Shown here piece after piece: positions 8,038 through 17,199 of a stretch of 32,000 nt of DNA. Source of the stretch: Prevotella sp. (GTDB taxonomy: Bacteria > Bacteroidota > Bacteroidia > Bacteroidales > Dysgonomonadaceae); assembly GCA_031285625.1 (NCBI GenBank), contig JAITVV010000056.1, forward strand, positions 25,125 through 57,124, given 5' to 3'. The stretch's first letter is position 1, and every line of letters begins with the position of its first letter. A program made the translations under genes and the position numbers. Below the pieces are notes generated by a model that worked only from the letters and a program-made list of their open reading frames with translations, was not told where the DNA came from and ran no database searches.

Positions 8038-10137
8038 ATGAAAAAAACAGTATTAATTGCTATGACAGGATTTTCTATGCTATTTGCAGGTTGTGGAGGA
8101 GCTCAGAAACCTTCCGGCGGACAAACAGAAGCTAACATTGTTAGCGACACTGTACCTGCTGATTTTAAATATGAAGTAGATGCTTTTGCAGACCTTCAGA
8201 TCTTACGTTACTATGTTCCCGGATTTAACAATCTCACTCTGGAACAAAAGGAACTGGTTTATTACCTCTCTATGGCTGCACTGGAAGGCCGCGATATTCT
8301 CTATGACCAAAACAATAAATACAATCTGGCTATCCGACGGATACTCGAAGCGATCTATACTAATTATAAAGGCGATAAAAATACCAATGACTACAAAGAA
8401 CTTGAGGTCTATCTTAAACGTGTATGGTTCTCTAATGGCATCCACCATCATTATGGAGAAGAAAAATTCCTACCCGGATTTTCCAAACAATTTTTTGCAG
8501 AGCAAGTGAAGTCACTTCCTGACAATTTGATTCCCAGAGACTGTCGTGCTCAATGTGAATATATATCAGCAGATAATTTTATAAAAGTAATTACTCCCGT
8601 AATGTTTGATCCGAGAGTAATGGCTAAGAAAGTAAACCAATCCGGTAGTGACCTGATTGCTACATCTGCCAATAACTATTATGGTGACGGAGTTACACAA
8701 AAAGAGGTGCAGGCTTTTTATGCCGCCATGAAAGATACAACTAACCAGACTCCTGTTTCGTACGGTCTGAATAGCCGTTTAGTAAAAACCGGAAGCGGCC
8801 TGGTTGAAGACGTCTGGAAAGTGGGTGGACTATACTCTCCTGCTATCGAAAAAATTGTTGGCTGGCTGGAGAAAGCCCAAGGTGTAGCCGAAAATGAAAA
8901 GCAAAAAGAGGTTATAACAAAACTTATCTCTTATTATAAAACAGGAGACTTAAAAACCTTTGACCAATATGCTATTGCATGGGTGGAAGATCTTAACTCT
9001 CAGGTGGACTTTGTAAATGGTTTCACCGAAGTATACGGCGATCCGCTGGGAATCAAAGCCAGTTGGGAATCTATCGTTAATTTTAAAAATGTGGAGGCTA
9101 CAAAACGTACTGAGATCATAAGTACAAACGCTCAGTGGTTTGAAGACCACTCTCCTGTAGACAAACGTTTCAAGAAAGAGAGTGTAAAAGGAGTTTCGGC
9201 AAAAGTGATCACGGTTGCTCAACTTGGGGGAGACTGCTATCCTGCAACGCCTATAGGCATTAATCTCCCGAATGCAGACTGGATACGTAAAGAACATGGT
9301 TCTAAATCGGTTACGATAGAGAACATAATGGAAGCTTATGATGCTGCCGGAGCACATACCGGATTCAACGAAGAATTTATGTGGTCTGATGCAGAAGTAA
9401 GCCTGATAAAGAAATATGGTTTTATTACAGATGTATTGCATACAGATTTGCATGAGTGCCTGGGACATGGTTCGGGTAAATTATTGCCTGAAGTTGATCC
9501 GAATGCACTGGGCGAATTTAGTTCTACAATAGAGGAAACCCGTGCAGATTTATTCGGATTGTATTTTCTCGCCGATACTAAACTATTGGATTTAGGCATC
9601 ATTCCTAATGCAGAAGCGTATAAAGCTGAATATTATAAATTTATGATGAATGGCCTTATGACCCAATTAGTACGTATCGAACCGGGAAAGAACATTGAGG
9701 AGTCACATATGCGCAATCGTCAGCTAATTGCTAAGTGGGTTTTTGAGAAAGGAAAAGTAGATAATGTTATTGAGTTTAAAGTAAAAGACAACAAAACATA
9801 TGTGGTAATCAATGATTACAATAAATTACGCACATTATTTGGAGACTTATTAGCTGAAATCCAACGGATAAAATCGGAAGGAGACTTTAAGGGAGCAAAA
9901 GCAATTGTTGAAAACTATGCTGTAAAAGTAGATCAGAAATTACATAAAGAAATTCTGAACCGTTATAAAACGTTAAACATGAAACCATACAAGGGTTTTG
10001 TGAATCCTGTTTTTGAACTGGCAAAAGACAACGATGGCAAAATTACAGATATAAAGATATCATATAGTGAAGGTTATGCAGAGCAGATGTTACGCTACTC
10101 TAAAGAATTTTCTACTTTACCAACCAATAACGATTAA
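8038..10137 (+). CDS. Dipeptidyl-peptidase III (M49 metallopeptidase), lipoprotein
   Basis: 699 aa. The lipobox is MLFAGC. The zinc motifs are HECLGHGSG and EETRADLFGLY, the HECLGH variant known from Bacteroides DPP III. Confidence 0.85.
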   Translation: MKKTVLIAMTGFSMLFAGCGGAQKPSGGQTEANIVSDTVPADFKYEVDAFADLQILRYYVPGFNNLTLEQKELVYYLSMAALEGRDILYDQNNKYNLAIRRILEAIYTNYKGDKNTNDYKELEVYLKRVWFSNGIHHHYGEEKFLPGFSKQFFAEQVKSLPDNLIPRDCRAQCEYISADNFIKVITPVMFDPRVMAKKVNQSGSDLIATSANNYYGDGVTQKEVQAFYAAMKDTTNQTPVSYGLNSRLVKTGSGLVEDVWKVGGLYSPAIEKIVGWLEKAQGVAENEKQKEVITKLISYYKTGDLKTFDQYAIAWVEDLNSQVDFVNGFTEVYGDPLGIKASWESIVNFKNVEATKRTEIISTNAQWFEDHSPVDKRFKKESVKGVSAKVITVAQLGGDCYPATPIGINLPNADWIRKEHGSKSVTIENIMEAYDAAGAHTGFNEEFMWSDAEVSLIKKYGFITDVLHTDLHECLGHGSGKLLPEVDPNALGEFSSTIEETRADLFGLYFLADTKLLDLGIIPNAEAYKAEYYKFMMNGLMTQLVRIEPGKNIEESHMRNRQLIAKWVFEKGKVDNVIEFKVKDNKTYVVINDYNKLRTLFGDLLAEIQRIKSEGDFKGAKAIVENYAVKVDQKLHKEILNRYKTLNMKPYKGFVNPVFELAKDNDGKITDIKISYSEGYAEQMLRYSKEFSTLPTNND

Positions 10138-10155
10138 ATTCTTAATAGTTTAAAA

Positions 10156-10186
10156 AACCGGATAATCTATTTATCCGGTTTTTTTA
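10156..10186 (+). terminator. Rho-independent terminator after the DPP III gene
   Basis: Stem AACCGGATAA / TTATCCGGTT (10 bp), loop TCTAT, followed by a T7 run. Confidence 0.85.
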
Positions 10187-10190
10187 TTTC

Positions 10191-10198
10191 TATATTTG
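10191..10198 (+). promoter_or_regulatory. Bacteroidota -7 promoter box (TATATTTG)
   Basis: Exact TAnnTTTG match 27 nt upstream of the ATG at 10225. Confidence 0.5.
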
Positions 10199-10224
10199 TC
10201 TCATAGAATTCTATTAGCATAAAT

Positions 10225-11280
10225 ATGAAAAACATTCTAACACTCCTCCTCTTTTGTGTATACTTCTCATCAATCTACAGTCAGACAAAAGAAGAAAAAG
10301 CTTATGAAAAAGGCAAAGAAGCCGTTCAACTCATGGATAAAGGCAAGATAGACGAAAGTCTTATATTATTACAAGAGGCCCGGAAACTGGACTCCAGAAG
10401 TTTTGACTATCCTTATGAAATGGCATATGCTTATTGCCTGAAAGAAGACTATAATGAAGCTATAAAAATACTGAAGAAAATAGAGAAACATAAAGACGTA
10501 TCTGACATGTTATATCAGATGCTTGGAAATTGCTATGACTATTTGGGCGATAGCAATGAAGCAGTAAAAACATATGAAAAAGGCCTGAAAAAATTTCCCG
10601 ATTCAGGATGCTTGAATCTCGAAATGGGAAATATGCAAATGGCACAAAACAATTATGAGAAAGCTCTTTATTACTTCGAAAACGGGATAGATGCTGACCC
10701 TTCATTTCCTTCAAACTATTACTGGGCAACTAAACTATTCTGCGATTCGGAAGACGAGGTATGGGGCATGATATATGGAGAAATATTCATGAACCTTGAA
10801 CGCAATAGCCCCCGCACAGTAGAGATTAGTAAATTACTACACGACACCTATATCAATGAGATTAAGGTATTAAGTGATTCGTCCATATCTGTCAGCTTCA
10901 GTAAAAACAATACAATAAATCCATACAATGTAAAACTTCCTTTTGGAGTTGGAATCTATGAACCCGTATTAATGTTATCCATCGCTTCTATCAAAGATAT
11001 AAATATGAATACCTTAAATAAGGTCCGCTCAAATTTTATAGATATATACTACAGTAAGAATTTAGATGAAACTCATCCCAATGTTTTGTTTGCATACCAG
11101 AAAAAAGTAAAACAGGCAGGACATATGGATGCCTACAACCATTGGATATTAATGCAAGGAGACACTCACGGTTTTCTGGAATGGAAACTTGCTAATGAAG
11201 ACAAATGGAATAAATTTCTGGACTGGTTTCTATTAAACCCCATAAAGCTGGATCAAAAGAACAAATTCCTTAGAGACTAA
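10225..11280 (+). CDS. Secreted TPR-repeat protein, function unknown
   Basis: 351 aa with a signal peptide. Several 34-aa TPR-like repeats are visible (e.g. AYAYCLKEDYNEAIKILKK, LGNCYDYLGDSNEAVKTYEKGLK, MAQNNYEKALYYFENGI). Confidence 0.65.
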   Translation: MKNILTLLLFCVYFSSIYSQTKEEKAYEKGKEAVQLMDKGKIDESLILLQEARKLDSRSFDYPYEMAYAYCLKEDYNEAIKILKKIEKHKDVSDMLYQMLGNCYDYLGDSNEAVKTYEKGLKKFPDSGCLNLEMGNMQMAQNNYEKALYYFENGIDADPSFPSNYYWATKLFCDSEDEVWGMIYGEIFMNLERNSPRTVEISKLLHDTYINEIKVLSDSSISVSFSKNNTINPYNVKLPFGVGIYEPVLMLSIASIKDINMNTLNKVRSNFIDIYYSKNLDETHPNVLFAYQKKVKQAGHMDAYNHWILMQGDTHGFLEWKLANEDKWNKFLDWFLLNPIKLDQKNKFLRD

Positions 11281-11283
11281 TAC

Positions 11284-11937
11284 CTAGAATAACTGGAACT
11301 TAAGTCCAAAAGACAATCTCAGATAATCGGTTGGTTTCAGATATGAATTTGAGAAAGCACTCACCATATATAAGTCATTTGTGCTCAATTCATAAAACAG
11401 GGAAACGGATTTAGCAAAGAAACGTCTGTTCTCTGGTATTTTATACCCAATACGTTGTCCGATATAAATATTAAATCTCATCCTCGTTGAAAACGAATAA
11501 TACCCATTAGGATACTTATCAGGTTCGCTCACCCAAAAATCGCCATTAAATATTGTATTTACGTATAGGCCGCAAGCCAGAGGCTCCAGAAAAAAATCAT
11601 TATCCTTACCCAAATCTACTTTCCAGGGTATGAAGTTTTGCTTTAGGGTGAATGTTACCTTATTCTCTTTGGTAGAGTAACGAGGCAGAAATCCAAGAAA
11701 AACATCAGTTTCCCATTGATTATTTTTTCCATAATCCCATCCTGCACCAAGGGAAATAAGTCCCATTCCCCCTGCATATTGTATTTTTGTATGGGTCGGA
11801 ATCAACCGAATCCATTGATTCTGATATTTTTCTATGCGCCTGTCATAGCCATTTTGAGCATATGTAAAAAAAGGAAGAAATAACAAGAAAAGGATGAGAA
11901 CTATCTTATGCTTAAAAGCCAACCACTTCATATTCAT
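11284..11937 (-). CDS. Putative outer-membrane beta-barrel protein, function unknown
   Basis: 217 aa with a signal peptide ending FTYAQ. It shows an alternating aromatic/polar pattern and a C-terminal ...LKFQLF with terminal Phe, typical of OMPs. Its start overlaps the upstream phosphoesterase gene by 26 nt, suggesting an operon. Confidence 0.55.
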   Translation of the reverse strand: MNMKWLAFKHKIVLILFLLFLPFFTYAQNGYDRRIEKYQNQWIRLIPTHTKIQYAGGMGLISLGAGWDYGKNNQWETDVFLGFLPRYSTKENKVTFTLKQNFIPWKVDLGKDNDFFLEPLACGLYVNTIFNGDFWVSEPDKYPNGYYSFSTRMRFNIYIGQRIGYKIPENRRFFAKSVSLFYELSTNDLYMVSAFSNSYLKPTDYLRLSFGLKFQLF

Positions 11938-12718
11938 ATGTATTATCCGAATTTAATGTAAAAAGAAGATATTGGCGTTTTGCAACATTTGGTGTACCAT
12001 AATAAATAACTCCATCATCAAAGAGATCATCCACTGCAAGATTATGATCATGCGCATTCAGACAAAACTGGAGATTAGGGTATTCTTTTATATAACGTTG
12101 AAATACATTTGCCACATTATTATTGAACTGTTCCGAAAAAGGGCGTACATGCATTGCCAGTACTGTTTTTTCATATTCATCACGTCGTGATTCATATTCT
12201 TGTTCGATAAACTGAAAGTCCGGAACGGGGAGGGAGTAATCGAATTCCAGAGCATTTGTATTCAAGCAGATAAATTTTGTTTTACCAGCAACAAAAGAAA
12301 AATTTTCTCTACCAAATACTCTACGGAATACTTCCAGACCATTAGCTAAACAGTCGTGATTACCTAACAATACCACATAGGGAACAGATAGTTTATTCAA
12401 TATATCCCGTTGCCATAAGAATTCTTTCGTAAGTCCAAAATCTGCGACATCTCCTCCATGTATCAGAAAGTCAATATCATTTCTTCCGTTCAGACTTTTT
12501 ACAAAGTCTTCTGTTTCATTATACCAACGTTGTGTATCGCCTGTCAATGCGAAGCGGATAGATGTTTTGTCTTTACATGCCTTTTCGATCCGTGCTATAT
12601 TCTTATTATTTATATCTGTTTCGCCTGTAACCCTGCCATCATAAGGGTGGTATTCTATCATTTCACATGATTGGAAGATTGTTGCGAAGACGAATAGCGA
12701 AAAAATAACCTTATTCAT
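11912..12718 (-). CDS. Calcineurin-like metallophosphoesterase, lipoprotein
   Basis: 268 aa. The lipobox-like sequence is IFQSC. The phosphoesterase motifs are LTGDTQ, HGGDVADFG, LGNHD and AMHV. Confidence 0.8.
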   Translation of the reverse strand: MNKVIFSLFVFATIFQSCEMIEYHPYDGRVTGETDINNKNIARIEKACKDKTSIRFALTGDTQRWYNETEDFVKSLNGRNDIDFLIHGGDVADFGLTKEFLWQRDILNKLSVPYVVLLGNHDCLANGLEVFRRVFGRENFSFVAGKTKFICLNTNALEFDYSLPVPDFQFIEQEYESRRDEYEKTVLAMHVRPFSEQFNNNVANVFQRYIKEYPNLQFCLNAHDHNLAVDDLFDDGVIYYGTPNVAKRQYLLFTLNSDNTYEYEVVGF

Positions 12719-12921
12719 AGTTCTATTTTATCATGCAATGATATCCATAATAAAGTGCAGTTTATTATTTTATATACATTGAAATCTTTATCCTGCTTTC
12801 TTTTTAATAATTTTTTCACAAAAATATACATAAATTACGAATTAACGCTATTGTTTTATTTTTATCAATATTGCATTGCAACTAAATAAATCGCCTATCT
12901 TTATTCTCAAAAGGAAAAAAT

Positions 12922-13200
12922 ATGAAACTGAAAGAAGAACAAAAAAATAAGTCAGTACTCACCACTAGTTATGTTTTAACTAATGGCTCTCCCGTGACGT
13001 TTGTCCTATATGACGAAGATGGCGATTGGCAACTGTTTGGAGAGGATGAGGTGAATGAAGATGAAGATGCATATCTTGTTTCTGTAGATGAAATATTAGA
13101 AATGGAGCCCATTCTCCGAAAACTACCTGATCTACAACCCGGGCAAGCAGCTTCACGTGAAAAAGACAGCACGCGATGGTTTATTGTCGAGGATGAATAG
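12922..13200 (+). CDS. Small acidic protein, DUF2185/Imm33-like (putative immunity-type domain)
   Basis: 92 aa. The pattern ...DEDGDWQLFGEDEVNEDEDAYLVSVDEILEMEPILRKLPDLQPGQAASRE...RW resembles the D-x-G-W-x-F-x-G-x-E ... V-S-[LV]-x-x-[IV]-L-x-x-[DE]-P core that I recall for DUF2185. The family assignment is from memory only. Confidence 0.5.
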   Translation: MKLKEEQKNKSVLTTSYVLTNGSPVTFVLYDEDGDWQLFGEDEVNEDEDAYLVSVDEILEMEPILRKLPDLQPGQAASREKDSTRWFIVEDE

Positions 13201-13392
13201 ATTATTTTTTGCGATTTATCATGCCTTATATTATTTCTTAAAGGAATTATATAGCCTTGTTCCTTAAAATTGATTATTTTTGCGTCGCTGAACTAAATAA
13301 TGTGACTTCTCTTGCAGGTAGAGATGTTTGGCTTATGCCCAAATCCTATATATAAGCTTGTAGAGCTCAATCTTACAAAATAACGCGCTGAT

Positions 13393-14577
13393 ATGATCTT
13401 ACACTTGGTACATGATGAAAAAATTATCAATAGAACCATTGATGTATTCGAAACTGTATTTCCTAAAGAAAATTTATTTGTAGTATTCACCCGTAAAAAG
13501 TTCAAATTTGTACGGGAAGGCAAAAATATATTTGCTTATCAGGATTTTGAGAAAAATAAAGAAGACTTTAAAGTCACAGCCATCATTATCCACTATATGA
13601 ATAGCCGGAAGATGGACTTTGTTAATAAGCTATATCCACCCAGAATACCCGTATACTGGATCATTTGGGGAGCAGATTTATACAATAAGCTTTTAGAGCC
13701 TAAAGGCTTCGAAATGATCGATAAAAAAAGCGCTTATCAATCTCGTAATCTTACAAAGATTTTATCATTACCTTATAATAAGATAAGAGAGAAAGTAAGA
13801 ACAAAAAAGAACATTAAATTCATAAATGAAAGGGTCAACTATATTGTAACAGACACTACAGAGAATGATTATGATATGTTGATTCAATATTATCCTCAGT
13901 TAAGACATATACCCTGGAAAGATTTCTTTTACTATCCAATCGATGTCGTATTAGGAGAAGAGCTAATCGAAAAATATATTGACGGTGACAATATACAGAT
14001 AGGAAACTCAGCTTCCCTAACCAATAATCACGAATATGCTATAAACATTTTATCGAAACTCAATATAAAGAATCGAAAAGTGATAATCCCACTCAGTTAC
14101 TCTGGAAGTGAAAGTTATAAGAAATATGTTATAAATTGTGGCAACAAGTTAATAGGAAATAATTTCACCCCTCTCACAGATTTTATACCTTTACAAGAGT
14201 ATAATAAACTCTTAACAAGCATCAATGTTGCAATTTATGGGAACTGGAGACAAGAGGCTATCGGTAATATAATCATATCATTGTATTTGGGAGCAAAGGT
14301 ATTCTTATCATATCGTACTCCGGTACTACAATGGGCACAAAACCATAATCTAATTGTTTTCGAACTGGAAAAAATAACCCAAAATGATATTGATACACCG
14401 CTGAGCAGAGAGGACAAGGAACATAACAGACAGATACTTCTGAAATTATACAATAAAGAAAGACTATATAAATTGATAAAAGACGGTTTTAAGGAGAAAA
14501 AACATGAGAAAATTAATAATCTGGCTATTCCTATTAGGAATGCTAAATATGCACGCTCAAACTACAGAAAAAAATAA
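13393..14577 (+). CDS. Glycosyltransferase family 56, WecF-like (TDP-Fuc4NAc:lipid 4-alpha-L-fucosaminyltransferase family)
   Basis: 394 aa. It is collinear with E. coli WecF at MILHLVHDEK (vs MTVLIHVLGSD), WIIWGADLYNKL (vs WHIWGADLYE), IQIGNSASLTNNHEYAI (vs ILVGNSGDRSNEHIAAL) and IIPLSYSG (vs VVPMGYPP). Confidence 0.75.
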   Translation: MILHLVHDEKIINRTIDVFETVFPKENLFVVFTRKKFKFVREGKNIFAYQDFEKNKEDFKVTAIIIHYMNSRKMDFVNKLYPPRIPVYWIIWGADLYNKLLEPKGFEMIDKKSAYQSRNLTKILSLPYNKIREKVRTKKNIKFINERVNYIVTDTTENDYDMLIQYYPQLRHIPWKDFFYYPIDVVLGEELIEKYIDGDNIQIGNSASLTNNHEYAINILSKLNIKNRKVIIPLSYSGSESYKKYVINCGNKLIGNNFTPLTDFIPLQEYNKLLTSINVAIYGNWRQEAIGNIIISLYLGAKVFLSYRTPVLQWAQNHNLIVFELEKITQNDIDTPLSREDKEHNRQILLKLYNKERLYKLIKDGFKEKKHEKINNLAIPIRNAKYARSNYRKK

Positions 14578-15268
14578 ATATACCATCTTGTTAACAGGAG
14601 CATCATTTGCCTCATCAAATAACGGATGGTTTGAATTAGGATGTAAAGAATTAGATGCAACGCCAATTAATAGAGCTGTAGGTGCCGAAGCTATTGCAGA
14701 TGCTGCAAATAAGATCGCAACAGATAGCCTGTACAGCAAGGAAGAGCTTGAAGAAATAGATGCACTAGTTATTATGCATGTACACGACAAGGATGTTGCA
14801 AGTGAAGTCGGATTAAAGAAGAGTTTTAAAGATTATCCGATACCATTCGACAGATCCAATTATGCTGCCGCCTATGACTATCTGATAAAAAAATACATTT
14901 CGGAGTGCTACAATCTAAAATTTACTAAAAACTCAAAATATTATGGTACTCCCAGTGGAAAACCGGCAATCATTATTTTATGTACACACTGGCACGATGC
15001 ACGTACAATTTTTAATCCTGCAATTCGCAAATTAGGAGCAAGATGGGGATTCCCTGTAGTAGAGTTTGATAAATATGTTGGTTTCTCTAAAAACGTATTG
15101 CATCCTGTAACAGGTAAACAATATAGTATCCTTTATGCCCATAATAATGAAACCATGAATGGAGTAGAATATGGATGGCATCCTTATGAAGGTCAAAATC
15201 AATATATACAGCAACGTATGGCTGCCATATTTGCCGACTTAATGAAAAAAGTTCTACCTTTGAAGTAG
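14504..15268 (+). CDS. Secreted protein of unknown function (possibly an SGNH-like hydrolase fold)
   Basis: 254 aa with the signal peptide MRKLIIWLFLLGMLNMHAQ. An N-terminal ILLTGASFAS block is weakly GDSL-like. The gene overlaps the upstream GT56 gene by 74 nt in another frame, and the next gene starts 1 nt after its stop. Confidence 0.5.
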   Translation: MRKLIIWLFLLGMLNMHAQTTEKNKYTILLTGASFASSNNGWFELGCKELDATPINRAVGAEAIADAANKIATDSLYSKEELEEIDALVIMHVHDKDVASEVGLKKSFKDYPIPFDRSNYAAAYDYLIKKYISECYNLKFTKNSKYYGTPSGKPAIIILCTHWHDARTIFNPAIRKLGARWGFPVVEFDKYVGFSKNVLHPVTGKQYSILYAHNNETMNGVEYGWHPYEGQNQYIQQRMAAIFADLMKKVLPLK

Positions 15269-15269
15269 T

Positions 15270-15899
15270 ATGTTATACTTTAAGAATTATATAACTGATT
15301 CAACATTATTAGGAATATGGAAAGTAGATGAAGACCGCACAGAGCTACTTTCTCAACTATCTCATCATGAGTGGATTCAAAGCATATACTCTATTCGTTC
15401 CGAATCGCGTGTACTTGAAATATTATCTGCCCGTATATTGATAAAGGAACTTGTAGGAGAAGAAAAGCAGGTACAATATAATGTTACTGGCAAACCTTTT
15501 TTAACTGATAAGTCATATCATATCAGTGTATCACATACAAAAAAATATGTAGCAGTTGTCATTAACAAAGAGAAGCCTATAGGACTCGATATAGAATATA
15601 TTTCCGAAAAAATAAGGCGGGTTCAAAGCCGCGTCATATCAGCTGATGAATATATTGATCCCTGCAACGAATTAATACATCTCTTACTTCATTGGTCTGC
15701 CAAAGAAGCTATGTTTAAATTTCTCGATGAAGAAGGGGTTGATTTTCGCAAAAATTTATTTATTAGCAGATTTACACCCGAAGAGGAAGGTGCATTCTCT
15801 GCATTTGAGACCAAAACAAAGCAAAATATCCACTTTAATGCCTATTATAAGGTTGGAAACGAGTTTGTGATGGTTTGTATAGAGAATGCCGATAAATAA
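15270..15899 (+). CDS. 4'-phosphopantetheinyl transferase, Sfp/EntD type
   Basis: 209 aa. PPTase motifs are present: ISVSHTKKY, IGLDIEYI and HWSAKEAMFKF (the W/F-x-x-KEA-x-x-K motif). Confidence 0.85.
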   Translation: MLYFKNYITDSTLLGIWKVDEDRTELLSQLSHHEWIQSIYSIRSESRVLEILSARILIKELVGEEKQVQYNVTGKPFLTDKSYHISVSHTKKYVAVVINKEKPIGLDIEYISEKIRRVQSRVISADEYIDPCNELIHLLLHWSAKEAMFKFLDEEGVDFRKNLFISRFTPEEEGAFSAFETKTKQNIHFNAYYKVGNEFVMVCIENADK

Positions 15900-15934
15900 A
15901 TTGAATTATATAGATTTAAAACATTTATAAGTGA

Positions 15935-15975
15935 GTATGCGTTTAATCCTCCGGAATTAACGCTTACATTTTTTT
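15935..15975 (+). terminator. Probable rho-independent terminator after the PPTase operon
   Basis: Imperfect hairpin GCGTTTAATCC / GGAATTAACGC (9 of 11 pairs, with 3 more pairs outside), followed by a T7 run at 15969-15975. Confidence 0.5.
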
Positions 15976-16001
15976 ACACTTTATATAACAAAATAGACAA
16001 A

Positions 16002-17192
16002 ATGAATAACTATTATAAGAAGTTAATTTCTCTATTGATAATCATATTAGCAACCCAAAACACATTGGTTGGGCAAGTTACTATAGGATCAGACAATTCT
16101 CCTGCAGCCGGAGCTTTACTCCATCTTAAGGAGGATGAAGGGATCGGTATTAATTCAAAAAAGGGCTTAAACATGCCTCGGGTAACAATGACCACCACAA
16201 CCCCTCTTGTAGGACAACTCGCTCAATCTATCGGATCATCGGGCACATGGGACGAAGCTGATCACATCGGGCTGGTAGTTTATAATACGAATAAATGTGT
16301 AAACAGCACAGGGATGGATGATGGTCTGTATGTTTGGAATGGCACACAATGGAAAATCATGCCACACCCAACCACCTCAAGTGAGGTACAAAGTTATACA
16401 GACACCCGGGATAACGAAGTCTACCTTTATCGCTCTTTTGGTAATGAGGCAGGTATTTGGATGCTCGAGAATATGCGCTATATTGATAATAGTTTCACGG
16501 CTAGCGCCGGTAGTTCGAGCCCTACAGACAGGCTATATACCTATCCCAATGCAAACCCAGCAACTTCAGATACAAAACCTTCTACTTGGGAAAGAAGGCA
16601 AGGATTAATCTATTCATATGCTGCTGCTACCCTTGGTGTACAAGACGGATTAAATGTAAATCAAGCTGAAGGGCAAGGCACTCAGGGACCTGCAACTCCT
16701 ATCCAGGGTATATGCCCCGCTGGCTGGCATATTCCCAGTGACAGTGAATGGAATCAACTGGAAAAGGAAATCTACAATAACCCTCAAAAATATAGTAGTT
16801 ATACGAGTCCGGGACAATTTAATCCCACGTCATGGAACGACGCATGGAATACCACATATTCTTCGCGCGGTTCAGACAACGAGAATGGTCATGGCCTTGC
16901 CATGCAATCCCCGTGCCAATTACCCGGAGCCTCAGGCATCACCAGTGGAACCAGTCTTCCGGCCTCACAAGGAGGGTTTAATGTTTTACTTGTAGGACGC
17001 GCAAATGGAGGATCAGTAACATCCTATGGTAACTATGCCAATTTTTGGTGCAGCAGTGTCAGTGGTAGCGACAACGCATGGTTCCGCTTTCTGAACAGAC
17101 TACCACTGGGAGCGAATTATCCTCCTCAGCAAATAGAAAGAGCTAGCACTAGCCGTCAGTACCTATTCTCAGTGCGCTGTAAAAAGGATTAG
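16002..17192 (+). CDS. Secreted Fibrobacter succinogenes major paralogous domain (FISUMP) protein
   Basis: 396 aa with a signal peptide. Domain hallmarks are IWMLENMRY, GICPAGWHIPSDSEWNQLEKEI, GFNVLLVGRANG, ANFWCSS and the C-terminal FSVRCKKD. Confidence 0.8.
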   Translation: MNNYYKKLISLLIIILATQNTLVGQVTIGSDNSPAAGALLHLKEDEGIGINSKKGLNMPRVTMTTTTPLVGQLAQSIGSSGTWDEADHIGLVVYNTNKCVNSTGMDDGLYVWNGTQWKIMPHPTTSSEVQSYTDTRDNEVYLYRSFGNEAGIWMLENMRYIDNSFTASAGSSSPTDRLYTYPNANPATSDTKPSTWERRQGLIYSYAAATLGVQDGLNVNQAEGQGTQGPATPIQGICPAGWHIPSDSEWNQLEKEIYNNPQKYSSYTSPGQFNPTSWNDAWNTTYSSRGSDNENGHGLAMQSPCQLPGASGITSGTSLPASQGGFNVLLVGRANGGSVTSYGNYANFWCSSVSGSDNAWFRFLNRLPLGANYPPQQIERASTSRQYLFSVRCKKD

Positions 17193-17199
17193 TATAGTA

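Noticed and set aside
14504-14577. The 74-nt overlap between the GT56 gene and the next gene as a sign of a frameshift or fused pseudogene
   Set aside because: The GT56 homology is complete before the overlap. The downstream ORF begins with a well-formed signal peptide exactly at 14504. Both genes look intact, so I treat this as a genuine overlap with a non-conserved basic tail.
16002-17192. The FISUMP gene looks more GC-rich by eye than its neighbours, and two extra same-strand ORFs stay open inside it, which could suggest horizontal acquisition
   Set aside because: I cannot compute composition reliably here. No mobility genes or repeats flank it, and Gly/Ser/Pro-rich secreted proteins often raise local GC.
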